A DNA stretch of 64,000 nt from a virus (IMGVR_UViG_3300032246_001368:47584-111583), one strand, 5' to 3'. Numbered from the stretch's first letter, positions 21,381 through 31,898 are shown. Notes: a model not told the origin generated them from the letters alone. Numbers and translations are program-made.

Positions 21381-22358
21381 GTGACTCGTAATTTCAATTT
21401 AAAAACACAAAGAATTCTTCTTGAGGTCAGCGCATTGCAATTGACGCCAGAAGAAAATGATCTAGTTAAAAATGCTCTAGAAGAATATAAAGAATTAAAA
21501 ACTCTAATGGACGAAGTTGGAGTTACAGATCCTAATAAAATTACAAGAACCCAAGCACAAGAATTATCAGCTTATAAGATAGCAGGTAGATCAGTTGTCT
21601 TTAAAAGATTTTCAGTAGGTGGAGATACATTTTACGGTATCCAATTGAGTAGTATAAAACATCTTGATCGTAGTAAAAAGGAAGGTAGACAAAATACCAG
21701 CGCCCTTGTATACGTTAATTTTGCACAACCTCTAGAAGATCTGTCAGCGGTGTTTTATGAGGTAGATAAACAATTCGGTGTAACACAACCTACTATAGTT
21801 ATCAATGACATTTATGTTGGTGGTAAGTTAAAAGATCTTTATGCTTTAGTATCTCATGAGCTACTTCACGGAGTCCAAACATACAAGAAACATTCCCCGG
21901 GTTATGAACAAGCTATAGATGATATACGCAATAATTTAGAATGGGACAGAGTTGATTACTATACAGACCCAGGCGAGCTAGAAGTTCAAATAGGTGAAGT
22001 GGCTGGTAATATTAATCATTATGTAGAAAATGAATATAGAAAGTATCAACAATTGAACAAGACAGAAGGATACCCAGAAAAGGGTTGGAAAGCAAAAAGA
22101 GATCTTATTCTTTTAGAACTTAAGAATTTTCTTTCTTCGCCTCCAGAAAATTATTTTGAATATAAAGAATTAAAGATACCTCCTTATCTTAAAAGAAGTG
22201 ATGAGTTCTTAGAGACCATTGCCGGTCTTTATGGTGCTTCTAAAGAAACAGAGAAGGGATTCGAGAAAAAGAAATGGTCAGCGCCTTGGAAAAGATTACA
22301 AGCGGTTCTTTTTAATACCTATAAAAATTTAGAAAAAAAGTACCCAGTTAGAGATTAG
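21381..22358 (+). CDS. Putative zincin metallopeptidase
   Basis: LVSHELLHGVQ (HExxH) plus downstream YY.DPGELE; TAAGTA upstream. Confidence 0.6.
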   Translation: MTRNFNLKTQRILLEVSALQLTPEENDLVKNALEEYKELKTLMDEVGVTDPNKITRTQAQELSAYKIAGRSVVFKRFSVGGDTFYGIQLSSIKHLDRSKKEGRQNTSALVYVNFAQPLEDLSAVFYEVDKQFGVTQPTIVINDIYVGGKLKDLYALVSHELLHGVQTYKKHSPGYEQAIDDIRNNLEWDRVDYYTDPGELEVQIGEVAGNINHYVENEYRKYQQLNKTEGYPEKGWKAKRDLILLELKNFLSSPPENYFEYKELKIPPYLKRSDEFLETIAGLYGASKETEKGFEKKKWSAPWKRLQAVLFNTYKNLEKKYPVRD

Positions 22359-22394
22359 ATTAATTAATAGCCTTAATATTTCCTAAGTATTTAG

Positions 22395-22802
22395 GTGAAT
22401 AAACAACCCTCCGCGGAGTTCATCCAAGAAAAGGTATTAGCAAATTTCCAAGCTGAGGCCAAAAGATTTTATAGTAATTTAGAAGAAGAGTATCTTGAAG
22501 ATCTACGTACCAAAATGAGAGATGGTACTATAGAGGTTGATGAAGATACCATTAAAGAGGTGGCCATAGAACAGGCTGCAAAGTATGAAGACTATATAAA
22601 GAAAAGTAAAAAGGTAGAAAACTTTGTTAAAAAATATGTCAATGATACCTTTGACCTGGTCTGTGATAGTTTAAGCGAAGGCATGATAGAACAAGAAGAA
22701 GCTGAAGTAGTATTCTCCACTCTCAAATATATACTAACAGCCGGGAAGATCTGCACTGATGAAAGTTCTCAATTAAAAAATAAAAAGTTGAATAAAAAAT
22801 AA
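22395..22802 (+). CDS. Hypothetical protein
   Basis: TAAGTA motif before GTG start. Confidence 0.55.
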   Translation: MNKQPSAEFIQEKVLANFQAEAKRFYSNLEEEYLEDLRTKMRDGTIEVDEDTIKEVAIEQAAKYEDYIKKSKKVENFVKKYVNDTFDLVCDSLSEGMIEQEEAEVVFSTLKYILTAGKICTDESSQLKNKKLNKK

Positions 22803-22821
22803 ACCTCTTTATATTATATTA

Positions 22822-23019
22822 ATGAAGTATATCACTTACATAATATATTGTGTGTTAATGTATTCACTAACTTTCCTACCGTTCTTTTATGTAATTTTTT
22901 GGAAGGATGCAAGTCCTTGGTGGTTCATTCTTGCTGCTACAATGGCAAATTGTGTTATATCTCCTACTGGATGGGGATTAACAGAACAAACCAAATCTAC
23001 GACAAATGGCTCAGAATAG
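22822..23019 (+). CDS. Small membrane protein
   Basis: Two hydrophobic segments, SPWWFIL; promoter upstream. Confidence 0.55.
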   Translation: MKYITYIIYCVLMYSLTFLPFFYVIFWKDASPWWFILAATMANCVISPTGWGLTEQTKSTTNGSE

Positions 23020-23188
23020 TTTTGGACCGTTTGGACAAGAGTCTACGTTCAGTAAAGAGGATCCTATAGAGCTTAATAGATGGTATCAAATGTATAGAAA
23101 AATGGTTTTGAAACTACCAGAAGAACGTAAAATCAAACGTAAAAAAAGATCGGGCAATTCCAAATATTAAGCTTTAATATATTTGGAT

Positions 23189-23440
23189 ATGAATTGCAAA
23201 TCCTGTTATAATCCAATTGAAACGGAGCGTCTTATGATTCTCTCTAACACAGTACTTTGTTCGTCTTGTGCACGATTACATAATGTAAAGCCTCGTAAAG
23301 GTATTATGTGTTATGATCATAAGACAGGAGCGGATATCCAAATCGTATCACATGATTATTTTGAAGCTAATAAGAATTACTTTATACCAATCGGAGCTAG
23401 GTCGGCTGTAAAGAATTTTAGTAAAAACGTTTGTGCTTAA
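23189..23440 (+). CDS. TraR/DksA-like C4 zinc-finger protein
   Basis: CKSCYNPIETERLMILSNTVLCSSCA matches the C-x2-C...ERL...C-x2-C finger; no DksA coiled coil. Confidence 0.6.
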   Translation: MNCKSCYNPIETERLMILSNTVLCSSCARLHNVKPRKGIMCYDHKTGADIQIVSHDYFEANKNYFIPIGARSAVKNFSKNVCA

Positions 23441-23791
23441 ATGAAACATCTAATAGCCATAATATTAATCGTACTAGTACCGTTTGTAATATTTCGATCT
23501 TTACAAAATAACAGTATCAAATTTAGATACAATCCTACTTTATCTGAAGGGCATATTATTTCTCAAGAGAAGAATCTTATTAATAAGATTTTAAAACAAA
23601 CCAAATAATGAAAATAGTTCTGCAACGCTGGTCTGGAAGTAATTGGTACGAAGTAATGCTTTCTCCTTTTAACAACCATTCAGAGGTTGAAAATTATTTA
23701 AAAAAATATTGGTGGCATTTTAGCGCAGAATTTCCGTATAGAATCAAGTAAAAATACTTTTTAAGTACCCCAAGTGGTCCTAAGTATTAAT

Positions 23792-24031
23792 ATGGTTTCT
23801 ATTGATCATCTGACTGAAAAATGGGTAGAATTCCACAAGAGCCCTGAAGAAGCACAGTCTGCCTTAGATAAACAGGTATCAAAACATAATAAACAATTTC
23901 GTATTGTAAAGGCATCAAAAGAGATCATGGAAAAAAGATCTTTTGATTCTAAAAAATTAGTTAATAAAGATACTAATGAATTAATTTTTCCTTATAAATT
24001 CACTATAGTTAAGGCGTTAAAGGATAAGTAA
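23792..24031 (+). CDS. Hypothetical protein
   Basis: TAAGTA then ATG. Confidence 0.55.
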   Translation: MVSIDHLTEKWVEFHKSPEEAQSALDKQVSKHNKQFRIVKASKEIMEKRSFDSKKLVNKDTNELIFPYKFTIVKALKDK

Positions 24032-24036
24032 TAGAA

Positions 24037-24417
24037 ATGAACAAGAAAGACATTGATTTAATCTCCGAGGCTTACAACAAGGTAGGCAATATTAAAGAAT
24101 CCTTTAACTATATGGATTTAGCAAAAGAAATTCTCCACGCAGCTGAAGAACATATCAATGAAGGTGTAAGACATACCTTCTCAGAAATTTGGTCTGGAAG
24201 TAAAGATTATGATATGGTCTTAGAGCGTTATGTTGATGGCCTTCGTGATTTAGTAAACATTGCCGAAAACTTAAAGAGTGGTAAAATTGAAAAGGTAAAA
24301 TCTCTTTATAAGGGTTTAGACCAGGTCATTAAAGATGAACTTCCTAAATCATTCTTGGTTCTTGTATCCCAAGCAGAAGACACATCAACTGAGGAAGAAG
24401 TAACACCAGCTGAATAA
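24037..24417 (+). CDS. Hypothetical protein with L-x-EAY leader (putative head internal protein)
   Basis: MNKKDIDLISEAY; TAAGTA upstream. Confidence 0.55.
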   Translation: MNKKDIDLISEAYNKVGNIKESFNYMDLAKEILHAAEEHINEGVRHTFSEIWSGSKDYDMVLERYVDGLRDLVNIAENLKSGKIEKVKSLYKGLDQVIKDELPKSFLVLVSQAEDTSTEEEVTPAE

Positions 24418-24425
24418 TAATTTCT

Positions 24426-24674
24426 ATGAATCACAGGAATCTTTCTGAGGCTTATAGTTCAATTGTTAAGAGTCAGCATTCTAATGTTTTAGAAAATGGT
24501 GATGCCTCTGAAGTAATGTTTAAAGATTATTTCAGCGTACCGGGAAGAGCTGAGGCTGCTCTTCAACAGATTAAATGGGGATTTGATTATTATAAAAAGA
24601 ATTCCAATGCAACTAGCTTACAAATATTTTTAGATAATCTTGATACATATCTAGCACCTAAAAAAGATCTGTAA
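24426..24674 (+). CDS. Hypothetical protein with L-x-EAY leader
   Basis: MNHRNLSEAY. Confidence 0.55.
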   Translation: MNHRNLSEAYSSIVKSQHSNVLENGDASEVMFKDYFSVPGRAEAALQQIKWGFDYYKKNSNATSLQIFLDNLDTYLAPKKDL

Positions 24675-24675
24675 T

Positions 24676-24924
24676 ATGGCATACATTAAACATTTTGGTG
24701 GTCAGGATTATAAAGTCATCGACGGATCCAAATCCTATGGACCGTTTGATAAAGTCGAAGCGGAGAACTTTTTAAAAGATCTTGAATTGGAAAATAAACC
24801 AGTCTCTCATGAAGACGGGTTAGAATTTTTTAAAAATCTAAGAAATCAAATTAAAAACCTTCCCCCAAGAGAGGAAGGTTTTAATTTTAAGAATCATTTC
24901 TTAGACTCTCAACGTCTTTCCTAA
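24676..24924 (+). CDS. Hypothetical protein
   Basis: Coupled ORF. Confidence 0.5.
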   Translation: MAYIKHFGGQDYKVIDGSKSYGPFDKVEAENFLKDLELENKPVSHEDGLEFFKNLRNQIKNLPPREEGFNFKNHFLDSQRLS

Positions 24925-25986
24925 GCTACATACTGTAGCCTTGGTTCCGTGAACCACTATAGGTTCCACGCCTATAACTTCTTCTGTGTAGTTAATTAAG
25001 GAGAATCCGTTCTGCCAATTGCAACATGGAGCATAGTCCGGATCCATTTTACAAGCACAAGCATTTTCATAGTTAGTATTAAAAATATCTTCTCTATGTC
25101 CTGCTGCAGGTATTCTCTGACAGGTCATGCCCATACGATGTGTATGGTTGGTCATAGTTGAAGTCATCTTCTTTTCCCACTCTCCTCGTGCAGACATAGC
25201 ACCAATCTTTCTCACAACTGTTCCGTGATATACAAGGAAGTTAGTAGGAAGAACTACTTCGTCCACAAGCTTGATTCGGCTCCAGCTTTCCTTAGGAAAG
25301 AAAAGATTCTCATAAGAAAGTTCATCCTTAGCAATCTCTGCTAATTCGCCAAGTTGAGCACTGAGATATCTCCAGAGTCTACCCTCTACAGAATTACCTG
25401 AATGGTTCGCATTGGTTTCATAAATCTCTGATTGGAATGGTTCTGTAACATCATGGAGCATTTTTAAGAACTTGTGATAGGCTTCTCTCTCCTTAATCAA
25501 ACTCTGCTTATATCTAGCATCCTTTGGATATTTGCTGACTGCAAACAGGTCCATAGTATCGCCATTAAGAATAACCTGACGAGGCTTAGTCTCTTGTACA
25601 GTTTGAAGGAATAGCTCTAATGTGTTCCAATCCTCTAATCCAAAGTGTATATCACCAATGACAGCTGCTATGTTATTAGGTTCTTGATATACCTTAGACC
25701 TGATAGGTGCTGGATATATAATAGGAGCCAATTCTTCAATAGAGAGTTTAGGATTAGAAGCAATAGGATCTAGGGGAACATATACATCTTCATTATCAGA
25801 TTCTTCTGTAAAGTATTCGTCAACTGTAGTAGTAACTATACGATGATTTCGACTGGTAACCCAATCAAATATAGTTGACCTAGGAACACCTAACATATTA
25901 GATATTTCAGACTTAGATTTGCCTTGTTGGAAAAGCTCCTGTGCTAAGGATTTTTTCTGATCGCGTGTGAGAATGTTATTAGACAT
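24901..25986 (-). CDS. Calcineurin-like metallophosphoesterase with N-terminal HTH
   Basis: GDIH, LNGDTMD, ANH, HG, HTHR motifs; GKSKSEISNMLGVPRSTIFDW HTH; TTGA 35 nt upstream of this ATG. Confidence 0.8.
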   Translation of the reverse strand: MSNNILTRDQKKSLAQELFQQGKSKSEISNMLGVPRSTIFDWVTSRNHRIVTTTVDEYFTEESDNEDVYVPLDPIASNPKLSIEELAPIIYPAPIRSKVYQEPNNIAAVIGDIHFGLEDWNTLELFLQTVQETKPRQVILNGDTMDLFAVSKYPKDARYKQSLIKEREAYHKFLKMLHDVTEPFQSEIYETNANHSGNSVEGRLWRYLSAQLGELAEIAKDELSYENLFFPKESWSRIKLVDEVVLPTNFLVYHGTVVRKIGAMSARGEWEKKMTSTMTNHTHRMGMTCQRIPAAGHREDIFNTNYENACACKMDPDYAPCCNWQNGFSLINYTEEVIGVEPIVVHGTKATVCSLGKTLRV

Positions 25987-26083
25987 TGTTTTTATATTAA
26001 CCAAACTTTTCCATATATCAAGTATTATTTTTAAAAGCCTCTTTTAGGTTGATCTTTCCCTAATTATTAGATAATATATTCAT

Positions 26084-26713
26084 ATGAAGAATAACTCATC
26101 CACACTTACAGAAGCCTACTCCTCTATCTATAAAGAGGATATCACCACCGAGACAGGTGCAGAACACACCCAAGAGCTCATCACCCAGCTTCTTGATTAT
26201 CTCAGCAAGGGTCAGACCATTGCATCTTTTCTTTATAAGTCTAAGGGTCTTGGTGAGACCGCTCTTTACAATGTTCATTTGAATGTTGATTATAAGAAGG
26301 CCAAGGAAGAAGATTATAAGAGGCTTGAAGACTATCAGCCAGAGACAGAGTTGGAGACTCAGGCTAAGGAACATCTTCTTAACCTTTATCGCAATCCTAA
26401 GACTCGTACTCAGAAGCAGATGGATACCTATACCAATTATGGTAAGGGTATTCGTGTTAACAACAATAACGGATTGTTGCATCTCTTCGGTTATAAGATC
26501 AACAAGAACACAGTTGCAGACGGAGTAGAGAAGAAGGATACACGTAAAGTGCTTACCAAGGCTTGTGATGACCTTAAAGCCAAACTCAACTTCATGCATC
26601 AGAAGATTCGCGATTTCATTCTCGATCCTCAACACATTTCCGGTCTAAAGGCCCAGGGTAATATGATTGAGTTCCAGCAGGATGATGACGGTGCCAGCAC
26701 CGGAGGAGCTTAA
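26084..26713 (+). CDS. Hypothetical protein with LTEAY leader
   Basis: Own TTGATCTTTCCC promoter 35 nt upstream. Confidence 0.6.
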   Translation: MKNNSSTLTEAYSSIYKEDITTETGAEHTQELITQLLDYLSKGQTIASFLYKSKGLGETALYNVHLNVDYKKAKEEDYKRLEDYQPETELETQAKEHLLNLYRNPKTRTQKQMDTYTNYGKGIRVNNNNGLLHLFGYKINKNTVADGVEKKDTRKVLTKACDDLKAKLNFMHQKIRDFILDPQHISGLKAQGNMIEFQQDDDGASTGGA

Positions 26714-26721
26714 ATCATTTA

Positions 26722-27693
26722 GTGAATTTTAAAGAATTCTTTAAAGAAGCCAAATACCTTCCTTCCAGGGCAGCAGGACGCATATACAAGGCGCCTAAAA
26801 CCTGGAAGGATGTATTTTATATTGAAAAGGATACTGCAGAAGAACCTGTAGAGAATTATAAATTTACAGAGAATAAAACAGATAATACTATAGCACGTCT
26901 TTTTGGTTATATAAAGAAAGGTAATGTGCACGCGGCTAGCGTCTTTGATCCTCTCACAAAGACTACATCTGATTTAAAATTATTCCTCTTCCATTTATCT
27001 AAATCGAGAAGAGACTTAGAAAGAAAATCGAATGATCCTATCACATTAAGACTGAGAAGGGAATATTATGATTCGGTTGTAAACAATACATCTTCTATAG
27101 TAAACAATTTATTGATAGATGATCCCGATGCAACTGTTTTATATATACATTCTAAATCACCCTTCAATCAAGAAGTCAAAGACAAAGTAGGTACAACTAA
27201 TAAACATTTAATATCTAAAAACACTTTAGGAGATCTTGTAGAAAGATATAAGAAAGATCCTTATTGCGTTGATAAATTAGTTTCTTCTAAGAATACATCA
27301 GTCGCTAGAAAGAATATAGCCAAAGATGCTTTAATAAAGCTTTTAGATCTGGTTAAGGATAATGAACAATTAAAAGAAGAACCCCTTTCTGTAGAAAGAT
27401 TATCAAAGCTCATTACGAATAATCATCTTATAGATTTAAATAAAGTATCTCCAGGAGACAAACAATTCGCCTCTCATTCAAATTATCTTCAAGTAGCATT
27501 TGTTCCTGAAGGGTTTTTTAATTTTAATGATATAACAATAGAAAATAAATCTGTTATAGTTGTAGATGATAATATTAATACCAAAGCAACCTACGATGAA
27601 ATTAATCAAAAGATTTTAGAAAAATACGGACATAAAAACATTGCATGGGTCGTTGGAGTTATTCCGAATGAAGTATTACAAAGTATAAAATAA
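26722..27693 (+). CDS. Phosphoribosyltransferase-like protein with capsid-targeting-like leader
   Basis: C-terminal VIVVDDNINTKAT resembles the PRPP-binding loop; N-terminus MNFKEFFKEA. Confidence 0.55.
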   Translation: MNFKEFFKEAKYLPSRAAGRIYKAPKTWKDVFYIEKDTAEEPVENYKFTENKTDNTIARLFGYIKKGNVHAASVFDPLTKTTSDLKLFLFHLSKSRRDLERKSNDPITLRLRREYYDSVVNNTSSIVNNLLIDDPDATVLYIHSKSPFNQEVKDKVGTTNKHLISKNTLGDLVERYKKDPYCVDKLVSSKNTSVARKNIAKDALIKLLDLVKDNEQLKEEPLSVERLSKLITNNHLIDLNKVSPGDKQFASHSNYLQVAFVPEGFFNFNDITIENKSVIVVDDNINTKATYDEINQKILEKYGHKNIAWVVGVIPNEVLQSIK

Positions 27694-27694
27694 T

Positions 27695-28294
27695 ATGAAA
27701 TTTAAAGAATTCTTAAAAGAAGCCAGAGCAGTCACTCCGGACATCAGAGATCATAATTTAGTTATTCTCTATGGATTACCTGCATCTGGTAAGTCAGCCG
27801 TACTTAAATTTGGTTTAATTAATCTCCCCAACATTCAGGTATTAACATCTGATAAATGGACAGAGTTATTAGGTCGCAAGGAAAGAAAAGACCTGTCAAA
27901 CCCAGAACACACGAGTGAGTTACATCATAAAGTATCTCCTAAGTTTGATGCACATAGATACAATGCTACTCATGTACGTAACAGATCTAATATAGTAATA
28001 GAAAGCATTGGAAGGAATTATCAAAAGCTTTTAAATCTTATAACGAAATCTCAAGCTGATGGATTTAGAATTGTTTTGGTCTGGGTTAAAGTAGATTTAG
28101 AAACATCCATCAAAGCCAACAAAGTTCGCAACAGAATGGTACCTGCGGAGGCTATAGAAGTTTCTTATAAGAATACAAAACAACACTTTAAACAATTGGT
28201 TGATAAAGTAGAAGAAGCCTGGATTATAGATAATACAACACACCCCGACTTTAATGATTTTAGAAGTTCAAATTACATTTCACGAATAAAATGA
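27695..28294 (+). CDS. Zeta-toxin/AAA_33-like P-loop kinase with capsid-targeting-like leader
   Basis: GLPASGKS Walker A, LETSIKANKVRNRMVP lid; N-terminus MKFKEFLKEA. Confidence 0.75.
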   Translation: MKFKEFLKEARAVTPDIRDHNLVILYGLPASGKSAVLKFGLINLPNIQVLTSDKWTELLGRKERKDLSNPEHTSELHHKVSPKFDAHRYNATHVRNRSNIVIESIGRNYQKLLNLITKSQADGFRIVLVWVKVDLETSIKANKVRNRMVPAEAIEVSYKNTKQHFKQLVDKVEEAWIIDNTTHPDFNDFRSSNYISRIK

Positions 28295-28479
28295 GAGACC
28301 AAGAAGTAACTAAAGAAGAATTGATTTTAATATTAAATGAATTAAAAGCATTTGAAGGCAGCTTACAAGAATTAATATCTCATAAAGATACTAGCAATCT
28401 TATGAGAGAATGGATTGTAGCATGGGGACCATTCTGTGAATACTCTAATGATATAACAGAATATTACCCCACCTTGTAA
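28291..28479 (+). CDS. Hypothetical protein
   Basis: ATGA-coupled ORF. Confidence 0.5.
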   Translation: MRDQEVTKEELILILNELKAFEGSLQELISHKDTSNLMREWIVAWGPFCEYSNDITEYYPTL

Positions 28480-28557
28480 AAATCTAAAGGAAAGATAGTG
28501 GTTATTAAGTAATTACTAATAAGTAATGATAAGGTTATTAGTTTAACCTTGCAAGGT

Positions 28558-29379
28558 ATGGCATATACGACTACTCAACTCACCACTATAGAAGCAGAAT
28601 TAAGGGCTAACTCTAAAGTATCTCCATATGTTTTGTTAACTCCTACTGGTGGAGTGAGTGTTCTAACACAAGGTTGGTTAAATTCTCTCAGTGCCAATAT
28701 AACTCCTACTAGTGTAACCTCACAATTTTACCCTTCAGTTATTCTAGGATCGTCGTTTACGTATATAGCCCCTACAACTACGACTACTACTACTACTTCC
28801 ACCACACCGACTACTACTACCTCCACATCTACATCTACAGATACAACAACCACAGCAGTCACTACCACTTCATCGATAGATGGAGGATCGCCTATTGATG
28901 GTCAGCTTTTACCATCTGGTTCAGGTTTATTTGGTTGGTTATCTTATATTTACGAAAAACTTACAGGGACCATTAATGTAAGTGTTGAGAATAATCCGAT
29001 AGTAGAAGTAGATTCCGGTTCTCCAGTTACCACAGAATCATTACCCTCAGGGTCAGGAGTAATCGGTTGGTTGTCATATCTTTATTCAAAAACAGCTACT
29101 GAAGCAAAAGCCACCACAGCAGTCATATCCAGGTTCAATGCAGTGGTAAGCACACAGATTTGTGCACAAAGTGATACAAGGGTTTCTTTAGTAGTATATA
29201 ATATAGGACCAGCCAATCTTTATATATCCCAAGGTGATACTGCTTGTAGCTTAACAAATTTTACATATTGTTTATTGGCAGGAGGTACCTTTTCTGCAGA
29301 GCCTCGTGAAGTGGGATTAGAATATAGAGCGTTCTTCCCTACAGGCGGAAGCTACGCTCAAATTACAATAGGAACTTAA
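28558..29379 (+). CDS. Putative virion protein with Thr-rich linker and duplicated LPSGSG.IGWLSY motif
   Basis: Poly-Thr stretch; internal duplication. Confidence 0.55.
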   Translation: MAYTTTQLTTIEAELRANSKVSPYVLLTPTGGVSVLTQGWLNSLSANITPTSVTSQFYPSVILGSSFTYIAPTTTTTTTTSTTPTTTTSTSTSTDTTTTAVTTTSSIDGGSPIDGQLLPSGSGLFGWLSYIYEKLTGTINVSVENNPIVEVDSGSPVTTESLPSGSGVIGWLSYLYSKTATEAKATTAVISRFNAVVSTQICAQSDTRVSLVVYNIGPANLYISQGDTACSLTNFTYCLLAGGTFSAEPREVGLEYRAFFPTGGSYAQITIGT

Positions 29380-29381
29380 TC

Positions 29382-29621
29382 ATGATATCCCAACCAGCAG
29401 CAACTTATAGTACAGTAGTAACATCTAATTTTGTTACAGTTAATAATGCCTACAACGGTTTTAGCATACCGGCATTTGATGCCAAGATATTAGGTCTTAG
29501 TTTAACCAACAACATTACAAGTGTAACATTTAAAACTGGAGGTCTTACAGGAACTACAGTAGCTCAATTAGTTTATACTTTCGATGCGAATAGTAATATA
29601 ACATCTGTAGTAAGGTACTAA
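29382..29621 (+). CDS. Small putative virion protein
   Basis: FKTGGLTGTTVAQLVYTFDANSNITSV, a recurrent phage structural motif. Confidence 0.55.
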   Translation: MISQPAATYSTVVTSNFVTVNNAYNGFSIPAFDAKILGLSLTNNITSVTFKTGGLTGTTVAQLVYTFDANSNITSVVRY

Positions 29622-29630
29622 ATAATATAT

Positions 29631-31334
29631 ATGGCAAACATCAAAGCAATAGCAAATGGCAATTGGTCAGCCACATCTACATGGTCAAATTCAACTATAC
29701 CTGGAGCAGGTGATGTGGTTTATTCCAACAACTTTGCCATAGTAATCGATGTCGATGCAACTGCAGATACTATTAGAAACGATGCAGCAAGTGTAACATT
29801 TAACAACGGAGATACGTCTTGTGTTGGTGGGGGTGTTTATACTTTAAACACTGGTAAAAATTTAACCGCTAATTTATACTGTGCTAATATAGGAACCGGT
29901 GTAGGGCTCAATAAAGGAATGGTTCTGACATCTGGCACAGGCAATTCTATCATCACTGGTAATTTATCAACAGCTAATGCCAATCTAAATCTAAGATGTC
30001 TGTATATTGAAACTAATTGCACTATACGAGTTATTGGAAATGTAACATCCAATCCAAACACCAGCTCAGGCAATACATATTCCTGTATTTTTCTTTCTGG
30101 CGGAGGCAATTTATATATAGGAGTTTCTGGAACACCAACAACAATTACAGCTGGTGGATATTCCACTTGTTATGGTATACAAATGACCAATGCGATGGGA
30201 ACACTTAACATCGTTGGAAATATATATGCAAATTCAGCAGGAGCCGCGGGTATATATGATCCAAGTTACGCTGTAAATTTTGTTCTTACTGGCAATATAT
30301 ATGCAGTAGGTAGTGCATACGGGGCGCAACTAAATAGTGCAGCCACAGCTGTTATAACCGGTAATATATATAATTCCGGTAATCTGTATGGTTTTTATGG
30401 ATGTTCTTATATAAAATTAACGGGTGATATAGTATTAACCGGTACAGGTGTTGGAGTGTATATAAATGGTAGTAATACAATCCCCAACGAGATAACTGGT
30501 AATATTAGTATAGCGGTCGGAGGGCAATCCGGTTTTTGGAATAATGGTTCTACGCCCACAATTTTTACCGGAACCATAACCAATTATGGTACGGTATATG
30601 GGTTATTTAATAATACGGGAGCTCTTACGGTCAATATACCCGGTTCCAGTCCGACCACCTATGACGGAACCGCACAATCATTTGGCACTGCAACCAATGC
30701 AAGTGTGTTGGGATTGGGCCCTGGTACATTGACATTTAATGGCAATATTGCAGGTGGTGGAGTTGCAAATAATTCATATGGAATACATACATTATCTAAT
30801 ACTCCTATGACCATTAACGGGAATGTATCTGCGGCTGGTTCCGCTGGAATATATTGCAATGCTAATCCAGCATACATTACAGTAACTGGTAATGTATGGG
30901 GCGGAACTGCAACAAATGCTCACGGATTGCGTATGGACGGCACTCCCACAGCAATTACCATTAATGGAAGCGTGTCAGGCGGAAATGTTAATGGAGCATT
31001 GGCTCATGGAGTTTATGTTGCTGGCACTACTACGAATATTGTAGTATATGGAAATATATCTGGTGGCCTTGGTGGTAATGGTATTAATAATCCTACAAGT
31101 ACAGCTACCCATGAATTCAGAGGAAGCTACTTCTCATCTGGTCCTACAGGCTTTGCAGCCTTCTGTGTTCCTAAATTTATAACATCGTCAACCCCTCCCT
31201 TGGCTAATAATCGATTTGCTGTAAACGGAAACTTCTCAGCACCTACCTACGTAGATTACTATACAACAGATAATCCAAATGTGGGTGCAACATCAATTAC
31301 TCAGGTAACCCCGAAATATGTAATATCTATTTGA
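29631..31334 (+). CDS. Beta-helix fibre/adhesin-like virion protein
   Basis: GNWSATSTW...PGAGDVV N-terminus; (I/V)TGN(I/V) repeats. Confidence 0.65.
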   Translation: MANIKAIANGNWSATSTWSNSTIPGAGDVVYSNNFAIVIDVDATADTIRNDAASVTFNNGDTSCVGGGVYTLNTGKNLTANLYCANIGTGVGLNKGMVLTSGTGNSIITGNLSTANANLNLRCLYIETNCTIRVIGNVTSNPNTSSGNTYSCIFLSGGGNLYIGVSGTPTTITAGGYSTCYGIQMTNAMGTLNIVGNIYANSAGAAGIYDPSYAVNFVLTGNIYAVGSAYGAQLNSAATAVITGNIYNSGNLYGFYGCSYIKLTGDIVLTGTGVGVYINGSNTIPNEITGNISIAVGGQSGFWNNGSTPTIFTGTITNYGTVYGLFNNTGALTVNIPGSSPTTYDGTAQSFGTATNASVLGLGPGTLTFNGNIAGGGVANNSYGIHTLSNTPMTINGNVSAAGSAGIYCNANPAYITVTGNVWGGTATNAHGLRMDGTPTAITINGSVSGGNVNGALAHGVYVAGTTTNIVVYGNISGGLGGNGINNPTSTATHEFRGSYFSSGPTGFAAFCVPKFITSSTPPLANNRFAVNGNFSAPTYVDYYTTDNPNVGATSITQVTPKYVISI

Positions 31335-31364
31335 TTTATCATACTGGTATATTATTATATATTA

Positions 31365-31622
31365 ATGACAATAGAAGAAGAGAATCAATATTACAAAACA
31401 TTAATACAAGAAGTATCAGACGCTATGGACCGGAATGCTTTGATCTTGTATAAGTGGGAAAAGGTTGCGGAGAAATTAGTTAACCACTTAGAACCTTATC
31501 TTAAGTGGCCTGAGGATAAAGAAATGCTTGAAGTATATTCTACGCTTAAAGATTACCACTCTTTAAAGAATGAGATAAGAACAAATAAATCTAAAAGCTC
31601 GTTGACATATCCCGAAAAATAA
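31365..31622 (+). CDS. Hypothetical protein
   Basis: Leaderless-type promoter upstream. Confidence 0.55.
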   Translation: MTIEEENQYYKTLIQEVSDAMDRNALILYKWEKVAEKLVNHLEPYLKWPEDKEMLEVYSTLKDYHSLKNEIRTNKSKSSLTYPEK

Positions 31623-31630
31623 TATACTAT
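31602..31630 (+). promoter_or_regulatory. Sigma70-like promoter of ncRNA operon
   Basis: TTGACA-17 nt-TACTAT. Confidence 0.7.
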
Positions 31631-31642
31631 AAATAAATAAGA

Positions 31643-31656
31643 ATTGATCTTTGATA
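31643..31656 (+). promoter_or_regulatory. boxA-like antitermination site
   Basis: ATTGATCTTTGATA, identical to the 14-mer upstream of tmRNA; resembles rrn boxA (TG(C/A)TCTTT). Confidence 0.6.
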
Positions 31657-31672
31657 GTACATTTTAAAAATT

Positions 31673-31781
31673 TGACCGTTCGCAGGCTCGATCGAAAGAG
31701 CTACCGTACGTGTGCGTGACTAGGTTGCTCTGAAAGGCCTTCATCAACCGGTGCACAAGGATGGATTAACCACCCCGGTCA
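31673..31781 (+). ncRNA. Unidentified structured RNA, element 1
   Basis: Closing stem TGACCG/CGGTCA; inner stems GGCTC/GAGCT, GTGC/GCAC, GGTTG/CAACC; GC-rich island. Confidence 0.55.
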
Positions 31782-31790
31782 TAATAATTT

Positions 31791-31887
31791 GATTACTGCG
31801 TACAGTCCTCGGTAGTAGCAATACTAGTCCGAAGCCGCGGGTAAGGGCGAAAGCCTTAGACTTCCTAGCTCCGATAGGCCAGTAATC
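31791..31887 (+). ncRNA. Unidentified structured RNA, motif A copy 1
   Basis: GATTACTG/CAGTAATC closing stem, GCAA and GAAA tetraloop hairpins; homologue at 59234-59307. Confidence 0.7.
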
Positions 31888-31898
31888 ATTAAATTAAT

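Noticed and set aside
31695-31725. Minus-strand CACGTACGGT resembling group II intron domain V
   Set aside because: The 5' arm with the catalytic triad does not pair as a D5 hairpin, and there is no RT nearby.
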